Both the position numbers and the translations under genes were made by a program. Below the pieces are notes generated by a model that was given only the letters and a program-made list of their open reading frames with translations, made no database searches and had not been told where the DNA came from. DNA of 61,775 bases, the filler included. It is 3 parts of 3 records of this genome, joined end to end, with 100 filler letters (N's around TTAATTAATTAA, not from the genome) between each part and the next. Parts side by side here need not be neighbours in the genome. Positions count along the whole stretch, not along the records: positions 1 to 31,470 come from DRR378314_370; 2 more parts are not named here. One strand, written 5' to 3'. Shown here in pieces: positions 9,362 through 18,828 of the stretch. Each line of letters starts with the position of its first letter. Within the stretch, counting starts at the first letter, position 1.

Positions 9362-10830
9362 AGGTCTGCTCCAGAAGTTGCAGGGGAAGTCAGCAAACGG
9401 TTCTGCTGCGGCGACGGAGGAAGCGCCGGGCGCAGCCGGTGGATTTCGGCGCCGCGGGCCTGTTCCCGGGCTAGCCGCGCGGCGATCTCCGCACTCCAGA
9501 GATCGCCGGGATGTGCCATCGGCACCCCTGGCGGGTAGGCGATGAAATACTCGGCACAGGCCGTGTCAGGTTGCGGCAGGCCCGTCATTGCGGCAGCGGC
9601 GGGCATCGGTTGCAAATGGTCCCGGATCTCTGGTGCGCGCGCCGCCAGATCACGCAGCGCTGCCAGCAGCGCTGCCACATCGCTGTCCCCCACGCCGATA
9701 TGGATCCGCGCCACCAGACGGTCGCCATTCTGGGCCAGCAGGACCCGATGCCGGGCAAAGAGCCAGGCCTGTACCGCTGGCGGCGATCCCGGACAATGCA
9801 GATGCACAACCAGCGGATCCATTCCGTGAAAGGCATCGCGCGGCGGCGGCGGCAGGATTCCCCGCAACAGAGGATCATTCTCCAATTCACGCAGCAACCG
9901 CGCGCGGAGCCGCTTTGCCCGTGCCAGCGCCTCGGAACCGCAGCGCTCTGCATGTGCTCGGGCCAGATCCAGAGAGGCCAGGATCGGCCAGGATGGCGAG
10001 GTCGAATGATTGCGATAAAGCGCCTCGGAAATCCGCGCCGCTGCAGCTGGCCCGCCGAGCAGGTGAATATAACTGCCCTGACGCAACGCGCCCATGGTCT
10101 TATGTGCCGATTGGGTCACCACCACCGGCGCCTGCCGGGGCAGCTTACGCGCCACCGCAAGAGTCGTTGTTGCGGCGGTGTCGAGGCAAAAACCATGGAT
10201 CGCCGACCAGGCTTCGTCCACGATCACGGCGGTCGCCGGCGAAGCCTCGATCAAGATCGGCAGCACATGCTCCAGCCGCAATTGGCGCCCATCATATGCG
10301 CAGGCATTCAGAGCCATTGCCGCAACCGGCTGTCCGATCCGAACCCGTTCGACCAGCAGCCGCACCGTCTCTACCACATCCAGCCGCACCGGCTCGCTGC
10401 CAGCAACGCAGGGCATGCGGATCACGTCGCGTCCCTCGGCTGCAAAAACCAGCGATTGGTGCGCTGTCGGATCCAGCAGCAGACTGCTTCCTGGCGGACA
10501 AAGCGCCTCCAGAACAACGCGGTTCGAAAGCGTTGTGCCAAGACTGCCAAAGAAGGTCTGATCGGCGCCAAAGGCCTGCGCGGCCGCCGCCTGTGCCGCT
10601 GCCAGCGCCCCCTGGGGCGCGAAGAAGGAATCCACGGCCCCGCCGACCCAGCTGCGGTCCGTTTCGGCAAAGCGGCCCCCCAGAAGCTGCCCATAACGCG
10701 CCGCCAGATCCGGCGGCAGATCGCGCAACAGGCCGGACCAGGGGACGGCATGGAAGTCATGACAGGGCACGCCTTCCAGAAGTGCGCCAAGTCGGTCCGC
10801 CAATGGCGTTTCGAACCGGTCAGAATGCAT
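9358..10830 (-). CDS. PLP-dependent Orn/Lys/Arg-type amino acid decarboxylase
   Basis: AAQAFGADQTFF, VDEAW, TQSAHKT (PLP lysine), STSPSWPILASLD, YPPGVP. Its stop overlaps the next gene's start (ATGA). Confidence 0.85.
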   Translation of the reverse strand: MHSDRFETPLADRLGALLEGVPCHDFHAVPWSGLLRDLPPDLAARYGQLLGGRFAETDRSWVGGAVDSFFAPQGALAAAQAAAAQAFGADQTFFGSLGTTLSNRVVLEALCPPGSSLLLDPTAHQSLVFAAEGRDVIRMPCVAGSEPVRLDVVETVRLLVERVRIGQPVAAMALNACAYDGRQLRLEHVLPILIEASPATAVIVDEAWSAIHGFCLDTAATTTLAVARKLPRQAPVVVTQSAHKTMGALRQGSYIHLLGGPAAAARISEALYRNHSTSPSWPILASLDLARAHAERCGSEALARAKRLRARLLRELENDPLLRGILPPPPRDAFHGMDPLVVHLHCPGSPPAVQAWLFARHRVLLAQNGDRLVARIHIGVGDSDVAALLAALRDLAARAPEIRDHLQPMPAAAAMTGLPQPDTACAEYFIAYPPGVPMAHPGDLWSAEIAARLAREQARGAEIHRLRPALPPSPQQNRLLTSPATSGADL

Positions 10831-13800
10831 CGGAGGTCTCCTTCGGCATCAGCAAGTCTTCCCAAAACGTCATGAGGGCATGCAGCTCTTGTGGCTCGGT
10901 ACCGCGCAGGTTCAGTATGATTTCTCCGGCTCTGTTCTGATGCCAGCCGGCACATATCCGATAGAGCGGCGCCACACCGCAGGGCAGCGGATCCGCGCCA
11001 TAAGGCGCCATTGCGGGCTGAAGCAGAACCCCCGGCCCCGCTGCCCCCTGCCTGCGTGTGCACGCATAGCGGTGATAGCTCTCGACAGAGCCGATCAGCA
11101 GCGTCGTGCCTGCCCGCGCGCGCACGGGTACCGGACACAAAGGACCAAGCTCGTCGATCGGGCTTTCAAGGTCGAACACGCAGCTTTGCGCCTGCGACAG
11201 TCGGCACAGGGCGGCGGCGAAATGGCTGATGATCTCCTGCGTCGACCAGCGTGCCGCTGCGAGGCGGCGTGTCACCATTGGCAAAACTGAACCGGATGGC
11301 TGCGGCTCAGGCCTGTGCCACCAGCGGCAGTCTTGCGCCGCGGTCAACAGCGCCTGCCATTCGGTCTCGGAGAACTCGGCAACAGCAATTGGTGCCACTT
11401 GCGGCGGCTGCGTTGCCTCGACCTCCGCCACCGCATGCGCAAGCCCCTGCCCATCCAGGACCGCCGCATGGGCCACCAGCAACGCCTGTTCTGGCGACGT
11501 CACGCCGATGACCCCCTGTCCTTTTGCCAGGTCGATATGGGCCTCTGCCGCCGCAAGCAGCTCTGTCAGCCCGGTCCCGGCGCGGGAGATTACACAGGCC
11601 ATTGGCGGTGTATCACGGTCCTGCAATCGCCATAGGCGACCCCGCTGCGCAATCGGCTGGCTGAGCTGCGAATGCCGGTCCAGAAGCCTCTGCACCCCGG
11701 CCCGGAGCTGCTGCGGATCCGTCGGCTCGTTCAGCGCTGCATAGCTTAGCAGTGCCTGCGGCCCCGAGGTGGCGAACCGGATACGATGCACGATAGGCAT
11801 AAGTCCCGCCCGGGCCGTTACCGCCGCCGCAGCTGGCAGCTCCGTCGGCGCAACCGTGTCGGCTAGGGTCGCCGCCAATGCAGCCACCGTGGGGGCCTGA
11901 AACACCGCCGCTGCGGGCAACGGCAGGCCGGCGGCATTGGCCCGTGCTGAAAGGTTCAGCGCAACCAGAGAGTCCCCGCCCAGAGCAAAGAAGTTATCGT
12001 CCGCCGCAATGTGATCGCGCTCCAGCAGCGCACATAGGATCCCCGCCAGGGTCTCCTCCAAATGGCCTTCCGGCGGCCGTCCCGTCGAAACCACCTCTGG
12101 GGACAGCGCTCGTGCCGCCAGTGCGTGGCGGTCAATCTTGCCGCCGGCAAGACGCGGCAGCGCGGGCAGGATCTCGACCCGAGCTGGCACCAGCGGCCCC
12201 GGCAATTGCCGCGCCAACTCGGTCTTCAGCGCCGCTGCGTCCAGCTCTGCCTCAGGGATGGCGGCGACATAGGCGACAAGCTCCATGCTGCCCCGTGCCG
12301 ACCGTGGCAAAACGGCCGCCTCCGCCACGGATTCAAGTTCCAAGAGTGCCGCCTGCGTTTCCACCGGTTCCACCCGATGCCCGCGCACATTGACCTGATC
12401 GTCGCTGCGCCCGGCCAGTTCCAGCCTGCCGTCGCCGCGCCGCCGCGCCAAATCGCCGCTGCGATAGAGCCGCGCACCGGGCACAAAGGGGCTGGCAACG
12501 AAACGCGCGGCAGTCATCCCGGGCTGGTCCAGATAGCCCCGAGCCAGCTGCGGGCTGTCGATGTAGATCTCGCCCAGAACATCCTGGGGCGCCAACGCTA
12601 GATCTGGTGTCAGCACATAGCAGCGTGATCCCGGCAATGGGGTTCCCACCGGCAGCGCCCCCGCTTCCAGGTCGGTGGTGAGAATCTCCCCGGCCAGCAC
12701 ATCGCCACAGGTCTCGGAGCATCCATAGGCGTTCATCAACGGCAGCTGGGGCGCCCGCGCCAGCATCTTGCCGGCAACCTGCGGCAATAGCGGCTCTCCG
12801 GTCGAAAGCACCCGTGTGCAGTTCTCCAGCACTTGCGGGCGAACCTCTGTCATCGCCGACATCACCCCCGGCACGGCCATCAGATGGGCAATCCCATGCG
12901 TCGCCAGAAGATCGGCCAATGCCTTGGCGTCCCGCGCTTCCGCATCGCTGGCGAGCACCAGCGCATCACCGGCACTCCAGCCCTCGCAGAGCTCCGCAGT
13001 GGCGTCGATCGCTGTCGGTGTGCTTTTGCAGAGTCGCACGCCTTGCGATGCTCCGGCGGGGCGCGACGGCCAATGCTCCGCCACCCAGGCCGTGCGCGCG
13101 CCCAATGCACCATGTGTGGTCAGCACCCCCTTGGGCCGTCCGGTCGAGCCGGAAGTGAAACTCACATGCGCCGCAGCCAACGGATGCGGCGTCAATCCCG
13201 GATCACAATCCGGCTCTGCCGCCCGCGCCCAGATCTCTGCGGGATCAAGACAAACCTCGGCCTTCAGGACTAAGTCCGGCCCGGAAATCAAATGCCGCGC
13301 TCCGGCTTCGGCCAGCAGTGCCGCCAACCGTTCAGGCGGGTGCTCCGTGTTCAGCGGAAAATAAACCCCGCCCGCCTTCCAGACCGCCAGCGGCGCCACG
13401 GCGGCGGCGAGCCCCCGCGGCAGCGCCACCGCAACCAACGTTTCTGCCACAACCCCGGCGGCCAGCAGCGCTTGCGCCAGCCGGTTGGCAAGCCGATCAA
13501 CCTCGCCCCGGCTGATCCGCCGGTTGCCCGCGATCATCGACAGCGCCGCCGGTTCCGCCGCAACGCTGGCGCGCCAGCGCTCCAGCACCGGCAGACTCCC
13601 GCCCGTCACCGTCTGGCCCATGGACTGCGCCAGCAGGGTCTCTGCCTGCGCTACCGGCAAGGCTGCCACCTGCGCACCGCTTTGCTCAGGCGCCGCCCCG
13701 GCTCGGGTCAGGATCACTTCGAGATGATCCAGCATTCGCTCTATCGTATCAGGATCGAACAGCCCGCTGCGGTGGGTGACCTCCACTTTCAGCCGCCCGC

Positions 13801-15022
13801 CGGTCAAAAACCCTTGAAATGTCAGAGCAAAGGGCGAGGCGCCGTTAAAGACATTGTCCCAGCTCACATTGACACCGGGCAGCACCGGCCCTTCGATATC
13901 GCGATCGAGAAACAGGCCCAACACATCGGTGAACAGCCCATGCCCCGCTGCGCGTGGCGGGTCCAGTGCCTCGACCAGCCTTTCAAAGGGAACATCCCCC
14001 TGCCCCAGCGCATTCAGGATCGCCTCCTGGCACCGCTGCGCGAAACCGGCAAAACTCTCGCTGAGGTCCACCTGCAGGCGCAACATCACGGTATTGCCGA
14101 AATTACCCAAAAGCGCCCCCGCCACCGGGTGACGCCGGTTGGATACCATGGTCGCTATGGTCAAATCGTTGCTGCCGCACCAATGCCGCAGCAGCAGCGC
14201 ATAGGCGGCGATAAATACTGCAAACGGCGTCAACGCCAGGTGCTCCGCCAGACGGTGCAACGCGTCAGCACTTTCGGCGGAACAGCCGCGGTCGCTGCGC
14301 GCCGCGGTTTCACCAAGTTCCGGCGTCAGCGACCGCACCCCGGGCAATGGCAACGCGGGCGGCAACGGGTCCAGCTTCGCGCGCCAGGCCTCCAGTTGAA
14401 GCGCCAGTTCCGCTGGCAACTCCCCGACACAGGCAGCGGCCTCATGGGCCGCAAAATCCGCATAATCGAGCGCCAGCGGCTGAGCCTCCAAGCCCTGATA
14501 CGCGCGGCTCAGCTCGGCACAGAAGATCCCAAAACACCCGCCATCCCAGATGATATGGTGTACCGTCAGGATCATTGTCCATTGGTTCGCGGCCTGACGC
14601 AGCAGATGCACCCGCAATGGCCCCCCACGGCGAAGGTCAAAAGGTGTCGCTGCTGCTTCCCGCGCCAGTTCAGCCGGATCGCGGTCCTTGACCAGGATCA
14701 ACTCAAGCGGCAGGCTGTCGTGGATATACTGGCGCGGCGCGCCCGCTTCGTCGCGCCCATAGGTGCTGCGCAGGAGCGCCTGGCGTTCGACGACTTGGTG
14801 CAGCGCCGCCAACAGCCGGGATTCGTCCAATTCACCACGCAAATCCAGCCGGATCGATACGTTATAGGCGCTGCTCTGCGGATGCAACTCCTGATGGATC
14901 CACATCCGATGCTGCGCCGAAGACAGCGGTGCGAAGCTCCGTTCCGCACGCGGGGCAACAGCTTTGCGGACGGCGGAAGATCGGCCCAGCCGCCGCCGGA
15001 GAAGATCAAGTCGTGCAGTCAT
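10820..15022 (-). CDS. NRPS module C - A (beta-alanine-type pocket) - T - degenerate E
   Basis: C VHHIIWDG; A FTSGSTGRPKG, AIDAT, NAYGCSETCGD, YRSGDL, GGK; T GGDSL; C-terminal E-like region (LMPIVH, HAAVLDG) lacks the catalytic His. Confidence 0.9.
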   Translation of the reverse strand: MTARLDLLRRRLGRSSAVRKAVAPRAERSFAPLSSAQHRMWIHQELHPQSSAYNVSIRLDLRGELDESRLLAALHQVVERQALLRSTYGRDEAGAPRQYIHDSLPLELILVKDRDPAELAREAAATPFDLRRGGPLRVHLLRQAANQWTMILTVHHIIWDGGCFGIFCAELSRAYQGLEAQPLALDYADFAAHEAAACVGELPAELALQLEAWRAKLDPLPPALPLPGVRSLTPELGETAARSDRGCSAESADALHRLAEHLALTPFAVFIAAYALLLRHWCGSNDLTIATMVSNRRHPVAGALLGNFGNTVMLRLQVDLSESFAGFAQRCQEAILNALGQGDVPFERLVEALDPPRAAGHGLFTDVLGLFLDRDIEGPVLPGVNVSWDNVFNGASPFALTFQGFLTGGRLKVEVTHRSGLFDPDTIERMLDHLEVILTRAGAAPEQSGAQVAALPVAQAETLLAQSMGQTVTGGSLPVLERWRASVAAEPAALSMIAGNRRISRGEVDRLANRLAQALLAAGVVAETLVAVALPRGLAAAVAPLAVWKAGGVYFPLNTEHPPERLAALLAEAGARHLISGPDLVLKAEVCLDPAEIWARAAEPDCDPGLTPHPLAAAHVSFTSGSTGRPKGVLTTHGALGARTAWVAEHWPSRPAGASQGVRLCKSTPTAIDATAELCEGWSAGDALVLASDAEARDAKALADLLATHGIAHLMAVPGVMSAMTEVRPQVLENCTRVLSTGEPLLPQVAGKMLARAPQLPLMNAYGCSETCGDVLAGEILTTDLEAGALPVGTPLPGSRCYVLTPDLALAPQDVLGEIYIDSPQLARGYLDQPGMTAARFVASPFVPGARLYRSGDLARRRGDGRLELAGRSDDQVNVRGHRVEPVETQAALLELESVAEAAVLPRSARGSMELVAYVAAIPEAELDAAALKTELARQLPGPLVPARVEILPALPRLAGGKIDRHALAARALSPEVVSTGRPPEGHLEETLAGILCALLERDHIAADDNFFALGGDSLVALNLSARANAAGLPLPAAAVFQAPTVAALAATLADTVAPTELPAAAAVTARAGLMPIVHRIRFATSGPQALLSYAALNEPTDPQQLRAGVQRLLDRHSQLSQPIAQRGRLWRLQDRDTPPMACVISRAGTGLTELLAAAEAHIDLAKGQGVIGVTSPEQALLVAHAAVLDGQGLAHAVAEVEATQPPQVAPIAVAEFSETEWQALLTAAQDCRWWHRPEPQPSGSVLPMVTRRLAAARWSTQEIISHFAAALCRLSQAQSCVFDLESPIDELGPLCPVPVRARAGTTLLIGSVESYHRYACTRRQGAAGPGVLLQPAMAPYGADPLPCGVAPLYRICAGWHQNRAGEIILNLRGTEPQELHALMTFWEDLLMPKETSDAF

Positions 15023-15028
15023 ATCAAG

Positions 15029-16402
15029 TCACCAAAGCAGTTGATTGGCATCGGAAATTGTGGCCTCCAGGTGGTCCAGAAGGCGCGTAATACTGTCAGC
15101 GTCGAACCGCTGGCGGGCATAGGTAGCCTCCAACGCAAACCGCGTTTCCGGCCCGCGGCCATGGGTAAAAACTTCCAGCCCCAGCGGCACCAGCGGGAAT
15201 TGCGTGGCGCCGCTATGCAATCGTCGCCACCGGCAGTGGCTGCCCGGCAGCCGCGGCGCCTCGGTGCCGCTGGGAATGAACACCACCAGACTGTCAAATA
15301 AGCGCGGCGGAGCGGTGGGATCGTCACAGCCGAGCAGGGCGCAAAGCTGTTCGTAGGGCAGATCCGCATGTGAAAAGGCAAGGTCGATCTCTTCCCCCAC
15401 CGCCAGTAGCAACTCTGCGGAGGATAGCGCCGACCCGGTTTGCTGCAGCCGCAAGCACAGCGGAATGTGGTTGGCGAAATTTCCGATCAGGTACTGGCTC
15501 CCCGGCATCGTTCGGTCAAGCACGGTCGTCCCGACGCAGACCTCGCTCTGCGGTGCTTGGCTCCAAAGGGCGCGGGCCCAACAGGCCATAAACGCCTTGA
15601 ACGGTGTCACCCGATGCGCCGTCGCGAGTTGCATCAATGCAGCACTGCTGGCCAGCACACGATCCACCCGCCCTGCGGCCTCTTGGGGCGCGCTGGCGTC
15701 GCCGGTGAAAGCCGCTAGGCTCAGCGCGGGTCGCTGGGAGGAAAACCGCGACTGCCAGAAGGCCTCAGTCCGCACCACCCGCGCCGGATCTGCCTGCGGC
15801 AGCTCGGCCAGGTCTCCATATTGGCAAAGCAGATCCGGCAGCACGCCCCTGCTACAGAGCAGTTCTAGCTCGCGACAGATCAGATCGAATGTCGCCCCAT
15901 CCCAGAGAATGTGATGCACCACCAGCGTCAGGATCACCTGCTGCGGTCCAGTTCTGCAGATCAACACCCGCAGCGGTGCGTCCCGGCTGAGGTCAAAGTG
16001 CTGTGCCATCAGCTTTTGCGCCTGGCTACGGGACTCCTCGGCCCCAGCGACGATCTGGTGACAGGAAAACGGCAGCTCTTTATGGATTACCTGCCTGGGA
16101 GGCGTGCCCGAAGCGGAGCCTTCATAGGTGGTGCGCAGGATCTCGTGCCGGGCTACCAAAGCCCTCAGCCCGGTGATCAGCGCCGCCTCCTGGACCGCGC
16201 CCTCGAAAGTGAACTCCAGCCCAAGCACATTGCTCAGGCTGCCCGGATGGACCTGCTCGTATCTCCAAGTGTGCAGCTGCTCCGGTGACAGCGCCGCCTG
16301 GCCCTGATCGGCGCGCCGTGGCACCACCCGCGCCAGCTCTGCGCCGGGTCGTCCCGATGCCTGCAATCGCCGCCGCAGAACAGCCTGACGTACGCCCCTC
16401 AT
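15029..16402 (-). CDS. Stand-alone NRPS condensation domain protein
   Basis: LVARHEILRT, PLRVL, VHHILWDG, IGNFAN, DLPYE; no A or T domain. ATG at 16402 overlaps the upstream stop (ATGA). Confidence 0.88.
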   Translation of the reverse strand: MRGVRQAVLRRRLQASGRPGAELARVVPRRADQGQAALSPEQLHTWRYEQVHPGSLSNVLGLEFTFEGAVQEAALITGLRALVARHEILRTTYEGSASGTPPRQVIHKELPFSCHQIVAGAEESRSQAQKLMAQHFDLSRDAPLRVLICRTGPQQVILTLVVHHILWDGATFDLICRELELLCSRGVLPDLLCQYGDLAELPQADPARVVRTEAFWQSRFSSQRPALSLAAFTGDASAPQEAAGRVDRVLASSAALMQLATAHRVTPFKAFMACWARALWSQAPQSEVCVGTTVLDRTMPGSQYLIGNFANHIPLCLRLQQTGSALSSAELLLAVGEEIDLAFSHADLPYEQLCALLGCDDPTAPPRLFDSLVVFIPSGTEAPRLPGSHCRWRRLHSGATQFPLVPLGLEVFTHGRGPETRFALEATYARQRFDADSITRLLDHLEATISDANQLLW

Positions 16403-18828
16403 GCCACCGGCTCCGACGCAGCGTCTTCGGCTTCTTCCGCCGCCAGCAGCGCTGCAACTTCTTCGTCGGTCATATTGCGGATCTCCAGCGTCAGTGACGC
16501 AATCTCGCAAATGCGAGCGCCATCATCGCCGCGGCGCAGCACGTCGGCCAGCTCGGCGACGGTGGGGTAGCGAAACAGCGCCCGCAAAGTGATTGCGTCA
16601 CTGTCCAAGTCGTCTTGCAGCCGTGCCACCACCCGAGTTGCCAGCAGGCTGTCGCCTCCAAGCGCGATAAACTCTTCGTTGACGCCGATCGATGCCAGTC
16701 CCAGCACCTCTGCCCAGGTTTCGGCCATGAGCTGCTCCAGATCATCGCGCGGAGCCACCAGATCCTGGTTGCCGCATTGCTCGGCAATCCCATGCGCTAG
16801 TGCAGTGTCGTCGATCCGGCCATCCTCTGTACGGGGCAGCGCCTCTGTCACCACGACGCGATGTGGCAGCAGATGGGCAGGCGTGCGGCGGGCCAGTTCC
16901 GCCCGCAGTGTCTTGCCGGTGACATCCTCAGTCCCAGGCTCCAGCACCACCGCAGCGGCAAATCCCAATTCTGCCTCAGCAATAACGGCGACCTCCGCAA
17001 CCCGAGGATCAGTGCGTAGCGCTGCCGCAACATCCTGCGGCCAGACCTTGACGCCATGCCGGATCCCGAAGTCCCCGTCGCTGCCCAGAACTTCCACCGC
17101 GCCGGTCTCATCGGCCCGTGCCCATTGCGGTGCAGTGGAACTCTCTGGCCCGTCCAAGTGGCCGACCACAAACGCGGGACAGTCATTGCCATTCCGATCC
17201 AGGATCCGCACCAATTGTCCGTCCAGCCATCGCTCCGGCGCCCCGGTTTCCAGTGGGCGCAACGGTAGCTGCCAGCTTCCGGGGTGGTCGATCACCGCCG
17301 TAAGCCATTGTTCAAACTGGGCAAACATATCGTCAGCCACATTATTGGCCAGCGCATCCTCGCGAATGTCCCAATTGACCAGCAGGCCGCCTTCGAACTC
17401 GGTCACCTGCGCGTCCAGCAACACCTGCGGCCCTTGCGAAATCACCCAGACCGGGCGCCCAACGCAGGCGCTGACCTCCGGCGCAAACAACTCGCCCAGC
17501 CCCAGCGCACTGGTAAAGACCACCGGTGCCAGCACCGTTTCGCCGCGCACCCGGCCCAGCTCGCGCAGCACGTCAAGCCCACTAAAGGCGGCATGGGCCG
17601 CGTCCTCATGCATCTGTGCCTGCATCTCCCGGACTCGCCCGGCAAAGCTCTGCTCCGTGCGCAGGTCCACCTCTAGCATCACCGAGCTGGAAAAATCCCC
17701 GGCGATCCGGTCAATTTCCGGGTGCAAGGCAGGCCGGTCGAACATCGGCACATTCAACAGGAAATGATCGGTAGCGCTCCAGCGCCCGACCACTTCTGCC
17801 AGCACCGCCGCAACGGTCATAGCCGGCGTGGCGCCCTGCGCGCGTGCCACCTGCGCAAGTGCCGCTTTACGCGCGGGCGTCAGCCACATGTGCCGCCGCG
17901 CCACGCGCGGCGCGGCCGCCGCCTCCGGGCTCAGCAAACGCTCGGGCAGCACCGGCGATCCCGGCAGGCTGCCCATCCGCTCGGCCCAGGCTGCAGCGGC
18001 GTCCTTTGCCTTGGCCGCCGTCTGCGCCGCAACGCCGATCAGATAATCCCGATAGCTCAACTCCAGCGTCGGCAGCTCCCGGCCTGGTTCCTGGTACAGC
18101 GCCACCAGATCCGCCATCAACAGGCGATAGCTCACCGCATCGGCCGCAATCATGTCCATGTCGAGATGCAGCCGCGTCGCGCCCTCTGGCAGAAGGCTCA
18201 AGGCAGCTGTAAACACCGCGCCGCTTTCCACATCAAGTGACTGATGCGAATACCCTTCGCGCAGTGCATCAAGTCGCGCCTGACGCTCGGCCTCGGGCAC
18301 TTCGCGCAGATCATGCACCACAAAGGGCACCGGCAAATCGTTCGCCACCTCCTGATGACCATCTGCCGTCACCCTGCTGCGCAGCGTCTCATGACGCTGC
18401 ATCAGCCGGGCAAAGGCAGTGCGTAACCGCTCTGGCTCCAGTGCGCAACCGCCGTCGTGATCGAATTCCACATACAGATGCGCGGCCACCCCGCCGAGCC
18501 GCTGACCGGGGCTGCGCCCGACCCAATAGGCATGTTGCATCACCCCCAGCGGGGTTGGCACGTCCGCCGGTGCCGGGACCAGGCGAACCGCTTCGGCCGC
18601 CGCCGCCGACCCCAGCAGGCGGTTCCAAGCCATCAGCGTCGGCTCCAACGCGAGGCTGGCGAAATCCACTTCGATCCGGTCCCGCCTGAGCCGGTTTACC
18701 AGCCGCAGCAGACCGATGGAATCAAGCCCCGCCTCAAACAGGTTTTCCTTCGGATCGAGTTTCTCCGCCTCGCTGCCAAGAAAGTCATGGAGCGCGGCGC
18801 GCAACAGAGTGTCGTACGATTGGGTCAT
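16399..18828 (-). CDS. NRPS aryl carrier - heterocyclization (Cy) - truncated A remnant - PCP (MbtB-like)
   Basis: ArCP GLDSI; Cy MQHAYWVGR, DMIAADAVS (DxxxxD), PVVFTS, SQGPQVLLD; only the C-terminal part of an A domain remains (LPRTEDGRID); PCP GGDSLLA. Confidence 0.9.
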   Translation of the reverse strand: MTQSYDTLLRAALHDFLGSEAEKLDPKENLFEAGLDSIGLLRLVNRLRRDRIEVDFASLALEPTLMAWNRLLGSAAAAEAVRLVPAPADVPTPLGVMQHAYWVGRSPGQRLGGVAAHLYVEFDHDGGCALEPERLRTAFARLMQRHETLRSRVTADGHQEVANDLPVPFVVHDLREVPEAERQARLDALREGYSHQSLDVESGAVFTAALSLLPEGATRLHLDMDMIAADAVSYRLLMADLVALYQEPGRELPTLELSYRDYLIGVAAQTAAKAKDAAAAWAERMGSLPGSPVLPERLLSPEAAAAPRVARRHMWLTPARKAALAQVARAQGATPAMTVAAVLAEVVGRWSATDHFLLNVPMFDRPALHPEIDRIAGDFSSSVMLEVDLRTEQSFAGRVREMQAQMHEDAAHAAFSGLDVLRELGRVRGETVLAPVVFTSALGLGELFAPEVSACVGRPVWVISQGPQVLLDAQVTEFEGGLLVNWDIREDALANNVADDMFAQFEQWLTAVIDHPGSWQLPLRPLETGAPERWLDGQLVRILDRNGNDCPAFVVGHLDGPESSTAPQWARADETGAVEVLGSDGDFGIRHGVKVWPQDVAAALRTDPRVAEVAVIAEAELGFAAAVVLEPGTEDVTGKTLRAELARRTPAHLLPHRVVVTEALPRTEDGRIDDTALAHGIAEQCGNQDLVAPRDDLEQLMAETWAEVLGLASIGVNEEFIALGGDSLLATRVVARLQDDLDSDAITLRALFRYPTVAELADVLRRGDDGARICEIASLTLEIRNMTDEEVAALLAAEEAEDAASEPVA

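Noticed and set aside
13292-15301. Long antisense ORFs (669 aa here; also 9511-10875, 27521-29248, 38808-40502)
   Set aside because: They are shadows of high-GC coding genes on the opposite strand and have no recognisable motifs.
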